A stretch of 64,000 nt of DNA from Bugula neritina. Lineage: Eukaryota > Animalia > Bryozoa. The notes beneath the pieces are model-generated. The model saw nothing but the letters and a program-made list of their open reading frames with translations. It was not told the DNA's origin and did no database searches. The stretch is from NCBI GenBank assembly GCA_964035545.1, contig OZ037767.1, positions 4,418,707 through 4,482,706 of the forward strand, written 5' to 3'. Both the position numbers and the translations under genes were made by a program. Below, one piece after another: positions 15,420-29,600 of this stretch (position 1 is its first letter; the number at the start of each line of letters is the position of its first letter).

Positions 15420-16020
15420 TGGGTCTAAAGCCTAGTAGTAGTAGACGTAGTAGTACCTGTACTGTAGCACTCTAGAAGAAGCAATATGAATATCAATATG
15501 AGTATAAATGGTAGAAATTCAAGTAGTCATTAGTACCAGTAGTACTACTAGTACTACTAGTACTACCACCACTACTACTACTACTGTACTACTACTAGTA
15601 CTAGTACTAGTGCTCAGTACAGGTACTGAGTACTGGCGTCTGGCACTGTTAGAGTCTTACTCTTACTCTTAGTCTAGAACTAGAAGTAGAAGTAATACTA
15701 AGTCTAATATTAATACTATAATAGTAATACTAATAGTAATTCATTAATTGTCTAATACAGTAAATGTAATACTAATAGTAATACTAATACAGTATTACTA
15801 ATAGTGATAGTAATACTAATACTATTAGTAAATGTAATACTAATTTACTGACTAATACTAATAGTAATAGTAATACTACTACTACTAGTACTAATAGTAA
15901 TAGTAATACTTATACTTATAGTTATAGTAATACTAATAGTAATAGTAATAGTAATACCAATAGAGTAATACTAATACTAATAGTAATACTAATACCGTGG
16001 CCGTAGTACTAGTACTAGGG
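15420..16020. repeat. Low-complexity (TAG/TAC/TAA)n degenerate microsatellite
   Basis: Runs of tagtac/tactac/taatagtaatac visible directly. Confidence 0.85.
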
Positions 16021-17126
16021 GTGATACTGATAATACATTATTAGTTACTGCTAGCGTTACTATTAGTATAAATATTGTTAAAATACTCAGTAGAGACGTA
16101 ATTTTTAGTGCTATGATAATGAATTTGAAGCAAAAGCGTGCAACCACTGAGCTGGAATAATTATTGAGTTCATTGCGTGCAACCATCAAAAGTTATGTTG
16201 ATGTATTTTGCCGAGTCGAATTAAACCATATTGAAATTGTTAATGTTTAAAACCACTGAGCTGGAATAGACCATTAATAATTATTAAGTTAATAATTAAT
16301 AATTATACCGTTAATAATTATTGAGTTCATTGTTTAAAACGGAAAAGCGCCGTTAATTTTTTTGAGCGGCTTTAACAACATCGAAAGAAAACTACTATCC
16401 TTTGGATACGTCCGAAACATATTTTGCTACTAATAAATAAGTACGCCAAAAAGATTTTTACAGCTAAAATATTTCAAAATTATTTTTATGCTTTTTAAGA
16501 TTTTAAAATAATTTTTTTTTACTTTATATCAAATTTGTTAGCAGCTTCATTTAAAGTAGAATTTTTTTCCAATTTAAAATTTAGCTCATTGAATGCGCAT
16601 TAGCTTCTTATTCCACCAATGACAGCTTGTCTTGGTAACTACTAAATTTTGATGTACTGTACATACACATTGGCCTTGGAATAATCACAATAGTTGTAGT
16701 AATTTGATGAAATAGAATACGGATACCGCTACACTGTTTTCAGTTTATCTTTGAATAAATGTAATTTAACGAGTTTATTACACCGTTACACTTACTGTTA
16801 GAAAAGAATAATTTGTATTTTATTACATTTACTAAGTCTAAAGTTAAAGTAATATATTTATAATATTATTTATTCTTTAATTATATATTTATAAGATAAA
16901 CTTTAAGTATTCTAAATCTATTACTATTACTATTAGTATTAGTATAACTATAAGTATAAGTACTAATTATAACATTAAGTTTAACATTAAATCACTTTAA
17001 TAAATTATAAATAACAATAACTATAAGTATAACATTAAGTTTAACTATACACTTTGACTTACAGTTACACTTACAGTACGAGTGTCACTGTCAGTATGAG
17101 TATGACTATGTGTAACTGTATACTAG

Positions 17127-18295
17127 TACTCATACATAAGTTAAGCGTCGTTGATGGAATTAATCCTCACATACTCCGATGGCTCCAGAATTTTTTGACA
17201 AAGCGAGAGCAGCAAGTAATCATAGATGGCCACTCTTCTGGTAGATTACCAGTCTTTTCTGGCGTTCCACAGGGCTCTGTCCTGGGGCCCACCCTATTCC
17301 TTCTTTACATCAATGATCTCCCTGATCTACTAAGTTGCAGTGTCAGTTTATTTGCTGATGACACACTGATTTTTCAAGAGGTAGACTCCCTAGATGATGT
17401 CCGAAAATTCCAAAAGAATATTGAACAGATTGAGAATTGGTCTCTGAAGTGGAAAATGCCGTTCAACTCTTCAAAATGCCGAATCATGTCATTTGGCAAA
17501 GATTCCCAAATTCTACCATCATATCGACTAGGGGGAGAAACATTGCCCTACGTAGATGAGATTACCTACCTTGGAGTTACACTACAATCTAACCTCAAGT
17601 TTCACAGCCACATAACTAAGAAAATAAACAAAGCATACAAGGTTCTTGGCATGCTAAAGCTATCCCTCTATGGAGCTCCCAAGAAAGCAAAGCTGCTGGC
17701 ATATATGACTCTCTGCAGACCTATACTAGAATACGCTGCAACCACTTGGGATCCTGTAACAAAGCAACTTGTGAAAGAAATTGAGTTAGTCCAGAACCGA
17801 GCTATTAGATTCATCTGCTGTCTCAAAGGCCGGGAGGCTAGCATCAGTGATGCAAGAGAACAACTCAACATATCATCACTGGAAGATCGTCGCAAAAGCC
17901 TACGAATAACCCTCCTTTTGAAGATCTTGTCCAAAGAAGAATGTCATCAGGCATTATCTTCCAGCTACACTGAACTGACAAGGGACAAATCAACCGCTAC
18001 GGTTACCACGAGGGCTGCCTCTAACGAAATACCAACTGCGATATCTGCCATGTGCACAGCATATCATAACAGCTTCCTACCGCGCACTATTAGAGACCTA
18101 AGAATTGGAACTCCCTAAATACTTGATAAATGATAACCTGAAAGGTACTACAATTACCAAATTTAAAATGCATAATGTATGCAAATACAGTTATAATTCT
18201 ATGTCAACTGTATTGTAACAAGCTGCTGAGGCACGCCTCTTGCGCCTTATGGTGATCTAGCGTGTGCTAAAGTCGAAGTAAGTAGAAGTAAGTAA
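17127..18295 (+). mobile_element. 5'-truncated non-LTR retrotransposon (CR1/L2/Jockey-group LINE): C-terminal part of the ORF2 reverse transcriptase, 3' UTR and simple-repeat tail
   Basis: The ORF ending at 18118 has RT motifs SGVPQGSVLGPTLFLLYINDL, FADDT, W..PFN.SKC, YLGV, RPILEY and C-terminal SFLPRTIRD. It is followed by a ~160-nt UTR and a GAAGTAAGTAGAAGTAAGTAA tail. The first ~25 codons of the track ORF (from 17054) are flanking low-complexity DNA. Confidence 0.93.
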
Positions 18296-20669
18296 TACGA
18301 TATACTCATACTCCTACGGCTACTGTGTCCGTATAGACTTCGATTTATAATTAATTTAGTTAATACTTTAAGTTTATAGTATTTTATTTATATTTATATT
18401 ATTATAGTAATCCCTATACTTATAGTTATAGTAACAATAATAGTATTAGTATAAGTTAAGTGAATTCTACTTATAGTACGAGTAATATTGTTGGTAATCT
18501 AATAGGTAATTTATTTTTCATACTTAGAGTAATGAGTAACTTGATCTTGTAATAATAAAAGTGAATATAGTTATAGTATAGTATATACCGATACTGTTAT
18601 ACTTTTTTCAATTTTTTACTTCCCTTTTCAACATTTGTCTATGACTAATACTAGTAGTAATAGATGTAGTAACCTGCAGTAGTGTATTTAATCTTTGAAA
18701 ATAAATGAATATAACAACATCATTAAGTGGGTTAGTAAGTTATTATGATAATAGATAGTCTTAGACTAACGGTTTCAGTTAATAATTTTAAAATTTTATT
18801 AAGTTGATGAATAATTATTGATGTTGTCATAATGATAATTATAATACAAATCAAAACACCGAATGTTACAATTCTTATTTAGGTTGACTTTGATCAATCA
18901 TAGAAGTATGATCACTGAACCACTCAATCACATATTATCATCGTTATTACTAAACGACTTTGACTGACTGACTAGCTGACTGACTGACTGCTCTCTATGG
19001 TTATTATTATTTGCTCATCTGCTTGTGTGCTGCTTGTTCTATAGTATACTGATTTTCTCAAATATGCTATGTCACCATATATATGTAAATGGAGTGTTTA
19101 GTTTGAAGCTGTTATATAAACATAGTTGATGATTAAAACAAAACTTGCAAACTTGCTGTAACCTACTCTAAATGTATGACATTGTAATCAGGGGGCTCTT
19201 TACAATATTTTTTTCTTCATTTTTACATCATAGAAACAAATGATATAGCTTTCTGTAAAATAGGATTTTTCCACTTGTGGGAAGGAGCAATGTTATCTGT
19301 TGGAAAATAGGGTATTGTTATTGGAGTGCTATAGGCTGAGCTGAGAATTAGGTGGTATTTAAGGCAATTCCTTTTACCATTACATTGTGTTGGTTATCAG
19401 CTTATTACAACATTCAATTTTATTCACAAGATTGTGGTGGGCAGGGCTAGTAAATCAAATTCAAGCTCTTAGTTTTACAGTTTTGAATTTGATAGAGGAT
19501 CTTGGACTTAATAGGCTCGCATTGTCATACCTTGGATAGTATGTAGGAAGTGGCTATTGCACAAAATTACTATGACTTGCTTAACCTTTGAGGTGCAGCT
19601 TGGATTTAAGACTGTCTGAGTACGAAGCTCACACCTGCTCAATTAGCACTCATTTAGTAATCCTAATAGTTTTAAAACAAGTGTACATCTCTCGTGAAGT
19701 TTTTCTGATATTAAAGATGTGCGTTACAGCTACTTTGCAGAAAGTTTTTAAGGAGTGTTGAAGATGTAACTGTAGAATAGTTAAAAGAATTAGTTTGAGC
19801 AAGTTCTGTAATGTAGCAATAAGTAGTGTTTTGTTGTACTTTTCAAACAGACAAGTTTCTAATTAAGATGGCCGTTTGACTACCCAAAATGTTTTGTAAA
19901 TAAAGTTGGTGATGGAATTGGTTTAGTCCTCAGCATTGACCAATTGGTTTATAGCTAAAATAATAAGCAGTTTTTCAATCTAGAATAATATCCTACTTAG
20001 AGGGTGGGAATTTAGGTTGGAGACTTTTGATAAAGCTAGACGTATGGAATTTAATTTGTTATTTTCACAGGACACTGTGTTAGTAAAATAACACATGTTT
20101 AACAGAGATTTTAAAGTAAACTATTTATCGGTGACATATCTTAGAAATCTGTCTTAAGGTGGGCGCTGCAGTTTTGGCATTTCATCAATCACTTCTGCCT
20201 TCTAATCATGACACTCTTTATTTATTTACTTTTAGTACGAATTTTTTGCATGACTCTCAGCCAGCAATGAACTGTTGACACGGCAGTCATGAGCATAAAC
20301 GTTGGAAATATAATGCCTTAAGATAACAGTCTTTGCTTTGGATACAAGTTAATTTGTTTTCATTGTTTATACATAACTTGAATTCTTCAAGATACCGAGG
20401 CTCGCTCTGATTACGTTGCCAGTTCGTTCTGTGACAAGTGATTGCCAAGGGTTTTTTCTGCAAACACTCATTTTCAATATGTCAATTGGCTTAATAGTTG
20501 GCAAAGGTTTCGAATTGCGTAACTCACAGGGCATTTTATCTTACTTGTAGAGAAGAGTAGTCTAAGGATTAAGGTAAACACTGATTGGATTATCTGCACC
20601 CGTCTTCGTATTTGATTTTCTCAACCTTTACAAGATCTCCATGTCATAGAGGTGACCTAATTTAGAGAG

Positions 20670-23600
20670 ATGACGGAGGAAGCATCTCCTCGTATACAGT
20701 TTAAGTTACTTTCCTCCCCTCTGGTGGCATGGGTAAGTCTGCCCTTAACTAGAGTAAGCCTATTGACTTACCTTATACCCAAAGAGTGTACGTGAGTAAA
20801 TCTTTTAAATGCAGAGACGTACCTTAGACCCAAATCTCAGATAATCCCAATATTAAATATCTGAAATTTTCACGAAGTTGTAGGAAACTTTCTGGTGTTG
20901 TTTTCTCGTATGCTCTAATTTTCAGACATTGTTCTCTTTACAGGAAGTTAGATTCGCCCAATACATTAATTAAATCAGTGTTTGGCCGAATGGTCATTGT
21001 ATCATATAATGTATATACTTATCTACTGTATGATGAACTAATTGTTTTCTAGCAACAATAAATATGAAAATCAGCAGCTAGTGATAACAAATGTAGGGTG
21101 TTGTGATGATAAAGCTATTGAGTTTAACACACTTGATAGGATGTGTGAATAAACCTTTATGAGAGAGTGGTAAAGGAAATTAAAATTTGAAACAACTTGC
21201 ACTTTCCTTCTCTTTGATTGAAAATTGAAGCATTTTATTAGATCCCAACATATAAGCCAACTTGAATGATTGGCTACTCATTAGGACTATGTTTTAGGAG
21301 TTTTGGTGTATTGTAACACTCATGATTTGTGTCTGTCTGTTCAGATAAGCCTATTCAAGACGGAGGGGGATAATTCACAGAAAGATAGCCCTGAAGAAGT
21401 AACTGTGAGCTACAGAGAGCTGTATCAGGGTAATTTTCTGAGGAATGTCATAAAACAAATGTGAGTAATTACAAACTCATAATTTCTCTTCTGAACAGCG
21501 AATATTTCAGTACAAAGAGATTGAGTTGTTTTCATATTCCACATTCTTTCATAATAGCCCAGTATGAACAATATTGCCATACTTTCTTTATTACTATTAT
21601 AATGAACATATGAGTAGAATACATAAATGTGTCTGGGTAGATTCTCTCAACATATATGAGCAGTTTCATTCATATTGCTTGTTACAGCATAGTAAATGTA
21701 CAGTACATAAGCATACCTTACTGCATGCCATTGTGTGAACTTACAATTGAATTATTAATGTATAAAGTTAATGTGTTCAACCAACTGGACAGCTCTATTC
21801 AATATGGGCTTGTAATACTGCATAACTGCTCTCTATTAACTGTTGAAGTTGGCAATGTGTTGGGGCAGGAGGTGTTATGTTGGTTAAAATGTTTTTGTTT
21901 TTGTCAACTGAGGTAAAAGGAACTGGCTGACACTGATAGATGCCTTGCAGTTAGAGAAAGTTTCGTGCATTCGTCAAGTGTTTTGTGTCCTGAGAGATTT
22001 CCTCTGGTTGTTGTCTCCCTTGCTCAACAATCATCTTCAATTTCCAGAGTCTGAGTAGCGTTGAGTTTAATGCTGGTAGAATATGAAGGTGACACCAGTT
22101 TTTGTCTTGTGAAGTTTAGGTTAGAAGGCTATGTTGAAGTGAGAAATACACTGATTCTTTCAGCTTTACAGTCTCTGATACAGGCCAGTTCTTGATGATC
22201 AGTCAGTGTAGGGGAGAGGAAGGGGTGGAGAAAGGGTGGAGTAGAGGGAAGGGGTGGAGAGACTCATGTTATTATTGAATACATATCGTTTTGTTCATTT
22301 GTTGGGCTCTTGCGACTGCCACTGGTGTGCTGAAGGTTGATCTCCCAAAGCTGGAAGTTCAGTCAAAAGATGTGAAACTTGGCTTTAGCTTTGATTTGTA
22401 AATTTTGGCTCTCGTTTTGGAGAATGATTTGTTTTCCCTTTGGCCATCTCTCAGTATTTATACTTATCTGGTCTTGTCGTTTCTCTCTTTCACCTTGACC
22501 TTTGAAGGTAGCTCTGCCGCATTTTGCCAGATGTCTTTTAAGCAACTTGACATTTAAAGCGGCCACACAAATTTTTATGAAGGTACTAAGACTGGTTTCA
22601 AAATAAGACGATGAATTCAACATACACCCCTTGTTCTATAATAGCATATGATGATGGATTTCTCCTTCAACTATTCCCAGTGCTAATCTACTCTTAGTTG
22701 CACTGTGAGTGACACACAGCTTGTGACATGTCAGGAATTCGCTAATCAATTCAGTTTATATTGATCTTTTTCATTCCTAGCAGATCAAAATGCAAGCTTG
22801 TAGATTACAGGAGTAAATGGATAACTTTGAGTAATTAGATTTTAGTTGCTAGCCATGTCTTTTGTTGTCCGGACCAGTAGATATAATCAATTACAAATCG
22901 GCTGACTGCAATTTTATTACCTCTTTGCTACATAAACTTTTTAGAAGAATGTTCTTGCAGCTGCTAACTTTTGTTTGCCCTCTTTCTCTATCCTATGCCC
23001 ACCTGGGACACGGTTATTATGATGTTGGAATCATAAATTGAGATTATCAGTTTTCTCTCGGACACATATGCTGTGTGTTGACATCTATATATGCAATGTT
23101 TGTAAGAGCAATAAGTGTTGGTTACTGCTCAATATACTCTTTTATACTAGTACTTAAAGCTGTTTGCAGTGCTGTCTTCTTATCTCACAGTCTCACTCTA
23201 TGACTCATCCATTCTATGATTCATGTTCCTCTTATGTTGAAGTAGTCATTAAAACCGCATTGAATATGAGAAAGAAGTGCCTTGGGTATATCTGTATTCT
23301 ATACTATACAGTTTGATAATACGGTTAGGGTACCTGTATAGTATTTAGTTGACTACTATGTGTGGTATGAAATGTATGGGACTGAGTAATCCTAGTGAAG
23401 GAACAGACAATTTCTTTAAATATATATTTATATTTGCTCTGCGTATTTTGTAAAACACATTTATGTAGTTTTTCATTCTAGGTTTGAATATGGACTAAAA
23501 TTTTGTTGACACTGCAAAAATATAATTTCTCTCTACAAATAGCACTTCACTTCCGTTGTGATATCACTATACTTTGGTATACTCACTGATGTGTGTTTAT

Positions 23601-26600
23601 ACTTGTCAGATATACCCGCAATGTAGACGACAACATAGTAACCCGGGGAGCCCGGCTAGACGACGCTATGGAGAGGCTGACTAACTGGAATATTATCATG
23701 AAATCTCTCAAGCTCTTTTATAGGGTACCCTTTTTATTTCGCTGATTTAGATACATTTAGATAGATATATTTCTATTTCTAGATTTGATGTGTGTTTGTA
23801 GTTTTTGAAGTAATGCTGGTTGTTTTTATTTTCCAGCAAATATTTGTTGACTAAATCAGTTGTGAAGTACGCTGCAAGTTTCTACCGCGTGGGTTGTTGA
23901 AAGTGTTGTGAAATGATGCATTTTTGAAAATCGATGTGTAAATACAATTTATCTGAGATTGTTGTTGAGTTTATAACATCCGGGTGGTCAGTGATGTCAA
24001 CTCCTAACTCTAAATATACATGCTCTAACAGCTATACTATACATGCAATATACAAAGTGTAAGTACAGTACATACTATACACAGTGAGTAAGTATAGTAC
24101 ATACATACAGTGTGGGAATAGTGTAAATAATACAGACTGTGACTGCAGTACATCCATGTTCTAATTGTAAGTGCAGAGCTGATAACTGTATAGTAAGTAC
24201 AGAGTTAGTAACTGTATAGTAAGTACAGAGTTAGTAACTGTATAGTAAGTACAGAGTTAGTAACTGTATAGTAAGTACAGAGTTAGTAACTGTATAGTAA
24301 GTACAGAGTTAGTAACTGTATAGTAAGTACAGAGTTAGTAACTGTATAGTAAGTACAGAGTTAGTAACTGTATAGTAAGTACAGAGTTAGTAACTGTATA
24401 GTAAGTACAGAGTTAGTACAGGGCTAGTATAGACTATATAACCAGTGCTACTCTGTGTTCTGTTCCAGGATGAGCTACAGCAAGTTGTCACCATGAAGCT
24501 ACCAGATATTCTGAAAATTTGTAGAGACCCGGAAGATGGTAAGTCATGTGAAGCTGTTACATTCCTAGCCCAGTCGCAGCTTGCCCGCCATGTTCAACAT
24601 GGCTGTGAATCAAACTGTGATTTATTCAGTTAAATACGTCATTTATTTCTCTCCAAGTTTGTCGAAATATCCTCCAGCAAAGTTGTCAAAACCCCTTCTG
24701 CTGCTTTAGAAATCTGGGGGAGGCAGAGGGCAGGCCGAGTGATTATGCAATGGATTAATTAATATTCATATTGTGGGTAACTTTGCAGGTGCTCTCTGAT
24801 ACTGACTAGGCAATTAGTTATCTTATCACTGAATATGGTAATCACCAATGCTAATTCATCTCACTTCATCTCTATTCGTTCCTCTATTTTTTATAAAATA
24901 AATATTTGGCCAGTAGCTAACCATAAAAAGTGGAAATCCAATTTTGAATAGAATAATAATATAATACTACTACAAGCAGTATAACAGCCTAGTGAGTATC
25001 TAGCTAGTCACTACGTAGAATGACCAGGTTCTTATCTATTTGTGGTTAACTCTATATATGCTATTCATTGAGTAGAAATATTTGGTTGATTCCCCACTAC
25101 TAGTACTACAACCATTACATTATACTAACCAGTATAGTCAGCTGACTTTAGATATTATATAATGTGTTTTTTATTTACAATTCTTCTAAAATAAATGTTG
25201 ACTCTATTATTCTGAGCTATTTAATCAAATATAGTGAAGTAGTTGTGGGCTATGCGTTGCATGTGAAATATGTACATATGTACTTGGATGTATGTACTTG
25301 GATGTATGTACTTGGATGTACGTATGTAGAATGTAGATGTACATATGTAGATGTACGTAGCTGTGCTCTTATATCTCCTGTCTACTGATGTGTTGCATGT
25401 GAAATATTATGTATATATACTTAGATGTACATATGTAGACGTACTCCTATATCTACTTATCTGGTAATATATCTCTCTCTCTCCTATTGTTCAGAGTCAT
25501 CGTACGCCGATATCAGGACTACTATCTTGCTCATTCTTGGCTGCGCCATACAGTGCGAGAGGAAGGAGTTCTTTATTCAGCAGATTCTCAGTAAACTCAA
25601 CAGTGAGCAGCAGCACGCCATCAAAGACTGTATCACTGAGGTATGTGGCCTACATGATCTCTGGTTATACACTACCAGAGACTATAACACTACATTACCT
25701 ACCTTTACGCATCAGACCACTTCACTGTATATACCTTACAGTTACATTGCTCATAGTTTTAATGTGTTAGAAACATTGGGAACCTACAGTTACTAGACAT
25801 GGAAGGGTTTCATACATCTTCAAGTTATACAAACAATGTGAATGTTAAAATACTTCTGTGGCAAAGTGTCTGCTTAGACCGCAGACTTTGGCATTATTTA
25901 AACACAATGTCATAGTCCCTTCTAATGATACATTTTTATCTTGAATTGAAAACTTGCTTCTTAGCAAGAAATAGCCAATGTTTCATGGCAGTGTTTTATT
26001 TCCATGAAGTAAAAAGTACATTCATTTTGATTTAAGACATAATATTATTGGAGACAACACTGAAAGACATAGTGCTGTATGTTAGTTTCAAATTGTTATG
26101 GTACCAGTATGTTATTCTTAGCTGAAGGATCGAACTCTCGAGTTCACCAACAACAACTCGTCTGCCCACGTAAGTGTGGTTGGTTTGTTCTCACCGTTTA
26201 TCTTGTGCCAAGAGAAGTTAATACTGCGATAAACAGATCTGCTGTGTTTGGTGCCTTCACTCACTTTAGTTCTAGACTTGGTGCCAAGGTTTCTCCGCTG
26301 TTCCAGATTTTAAATTAACGTAAAGATTGTGAATTTTTACACCACCTTTACTTATTCTCTAATATTCAGCCTGTCACACTGTTACAGTTTAAGTTTGCAG
26401 TTCACACTTGCTCCTGTCTTTTTACATGTACATCTGTAGGGTAATATGTGTACCTAGAATTATCTTGGTCGGTATTTGTCCATAGCAAACAGCTGTAGAC
26501 ATCAAAGCCTTTAGTTTTGCTTATCCTAGAGCATAACTCTATCAGTAAGCCATTTCTAGAACTGTTTTATCTGCTGACAATGTAACTGATTTGTGTAACT

Positions 26601-29600
26601 CAACATTCCTATTTGCTTTGAGATGAGCAACAAGTGTACATTGTGATTACATGATGTAGCTCTACAGTGGACAGCTAGCTTATGCTAGGTGTCAAGGTCG
26701 TGTCACAGTTTGTTACATAACATCCAGTGCTACTACCCTGAACTCGCCACACCCTGGTCTGCTGCAGTTGCAGCTTGTGCGGCTATTGACAGAATGCAGT
26801 GGTAGTGTAATCAGCACTCCCATGTTTAATGCACTTGTTGCTAATACATACTCTTGCTGTGTGAATATTAAGTGCACCTAACAGACCAAAAGTGAGCTAA
26901 TTTACACCCTGAAGCTCGTTTGCTGTTCTTTTCTGACGCCAACTACCGCAGCGCAATCTGTTACAATCGAGAAAAGGAAATTTCCTAGACTCAGGCCCAA
27001 AGTGGTGTTTTATAAGTGTTTGCTTAAGCTTAGCTTCTTTGGAATTAATTTTAATGGGTGTAACAGAGGCTATACCGTCTCATAGGAGAGTTGTAGGTTT
27101 GTAAGACATTATTTGCAGCCAATGACTGGCAGTTCCATGGGCATTCCATATTAACATGACCTTCAGTATTTAGTATAATAAATCTATGTCATGGAACTGT
27201 TGTTAAATTTGCTTTTGATACAGTGGTACAGGTGTCATATACTTCATTTAAATAAATTCAATAATATTTCATTAATGAGCTTAAAAATACTATTTCTGCT
27301 TATTGTTCGGATAGACAACTCCCAAGTAGCATATCTCCCCAATATTACAGACACAATTATGGCTTTAGTAAACAGCACAAAGACTTGTACTTTACTTCAG
27401 ATCACAGATTCTGAGAACACGGAACATGTGATTTCACTGGAGACGCAGGTGGAGTCACTAGGCATCACTGGCAAGGCTCTGTACTACCACCTTAACAGGG
27501 TTCTCGAGGAGAGAGATGTCTACATAGAGGTACGCCTCGCTCCTTCTTCCTGGATTTTATGCCTCTGAGTTTATCATTTCACTTTGAGTTTTCGTACTCT
27601 CTCTAACAGTATTAAGGAAACACAGATGGCTATGTCACTAATTTCTCTATTAAGTAAATGTTTATTCACTGACTTTTAATATTTTATATTCTATGATTTT
27701 CTGGAAATTCTCTGATACTGCTGTAAAGGTCTAGACCAACTTTTCATGTTGATTTAATGACATGCCCTCTACAAAAAATGTCATAGCACTACACAGATTC
27801 TCACATGAGTTAGCTCCTGTACAGAAATGGCTTTGGGATTTCAGTTCAATGAATTATCCGTCTGTTCTCCGACTTAGCCTTGTGTTCTGCAAAATATTAT
27901 ATGAGATCAACATTCTAATAATGTGTTGGGAGGACCCCAACCCCCAATATATTTTTAATGTTTACTAAATCCTAGTTTATATTCAATTGTTTGGTATCTA
28001 AGATGCAGTTGATGTATACAGGAAGCGGCGAGAGCCACCGTAGACAGTGAACTGTACTTAGCGGAACTGGATGAATTGCGTTCCCAGAATGTCACCACCC
28101 CCACCTCTCCAGAGAAGCACCATATCATGGTGGAACTGGCTGAGGAAAAAGCCAAAGTGAGAAGACTGCGTCTGGAAGTGTAAGTTAGGAGAGCTGAAAA
28201 GTTGGTCCATTTTATAGTCTGCTAAATTCACATCTTCTGTGTGTCGTCTGCTAGTTGTTGCTGATACGTCTGCTTCTTAGTGTGTGAGATTTTCTACAAG
28301 TTAGAGATTCTAAGATTATTATTGTTTAGAATTCTTGCAGCATTGTGCTTATTTTTAATCTGGAAAAAATTTCTATTCTATTTATACACAATCTAAGACA
28401 TCTAGACACTGCTTTACCATATTAGTCTGACTCTGAATGTTATTCTTCTCTTTTGAATCTTTGTTTGTGACCAGGTTTAAATTTTCTTTCATGTTATTAT
28501 TCTTTGTTGCATCTTGCAGAGAAAAAGAAAGGTAAATGTATTCAACTTTTCTAGCTGTCCAATTTACTCATTTTTCAACATTAGCTTGAGTTTTATGGTC
28601 CTGCCTGCTATGGGGTTGGAACAGCTGGTTAGACATCTACTTGCTGCGCTCTTTGGGCCTAGAAACTCAAACTATGCTGTGCTCTATCAATACTTAATTA
28701 TGAAAAAGGGTATTGTGTTATTTTTTCGTGTTCAACTGTGAACGTTACAAAAACCAACGCCAGTGTTTGATGTGATTGACGTACTGTGAATTAATTTGAG
28801 AGCTCTTGCTGTGCTCAAATTAAGAAGAAATCTTTTAGATATCTTTTTGTCGAGTGACTTAATTCAAATTAACACTAATTGGACTAATTAACTCTCAGGG
28901 CGAGGCTTTACTATCTCTTGGATTAATTATATTGTTATTTCTCGCATTTACTTGCTCAATACCTGATGTTCAGCTCTATATTATATTTTAATTCACGGCC
29001 CTCACTCTTTAGCTATTATATGACACATTTATTCATGTTGTAATCACATTAATATAAGTTACTTGTTTATTCCCAATGCACTACATGCTCTGTAGATAGA
29101 ACTAAATTACCTCTCTACTACTATACACACTCTCTTGCCTTTGCAGTCAACTGACTGACACCTGTCAGTCATCTGATACCTATTAGCCATTTGACACCTG
29201 TCAGTCAGATGACACCTGTCGGTCAATTGACACGTGGCACTGACTATACCTGTCAACTACAGGCTTATTCTATGCAAGTGATATAACTCAGTGACTGACA
29301 CCTGTCAACTGACACTAGGTGTCAAACAATGGCACATTAACACACCATCTCCATGCTCACATTTGAACAGATATTCCCTTGTCAAGTGCATGCAACAGAG
29401 TTGTCACTGTGACTGATGGAGCTGGTTTTTCTAAGTAGTTGGTTATTGTTTGCAGGGAGGAGAGAGCTGATTTGACGGAAGATCTGAAGGCTGAGTGTAC
29501 AGAGCTGAAAGGCATTGTCGGCAAACTGAGGGAAGAGGTAAGGTGTAGGTCTCGTCTGCTCATTTCCTTTATTATAGTTTCTTATTCGTATGATATGTGA

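Noticed and set aside
16136-16332. Short direct repeats (AACCACTGAGCTGGAATA; ATTATTGAGTTCATTG)
   Set aside because: A real local duplication, but with no termini, TSD or motif to support a functional or mobile-element call.
17054-17126. N-terminus of the 354-aa RT ORF
   Set aside because: TTG start in low-complexity flank; RT similarity begins only at about LIHKL, so this is a truncated element and not a host gene.
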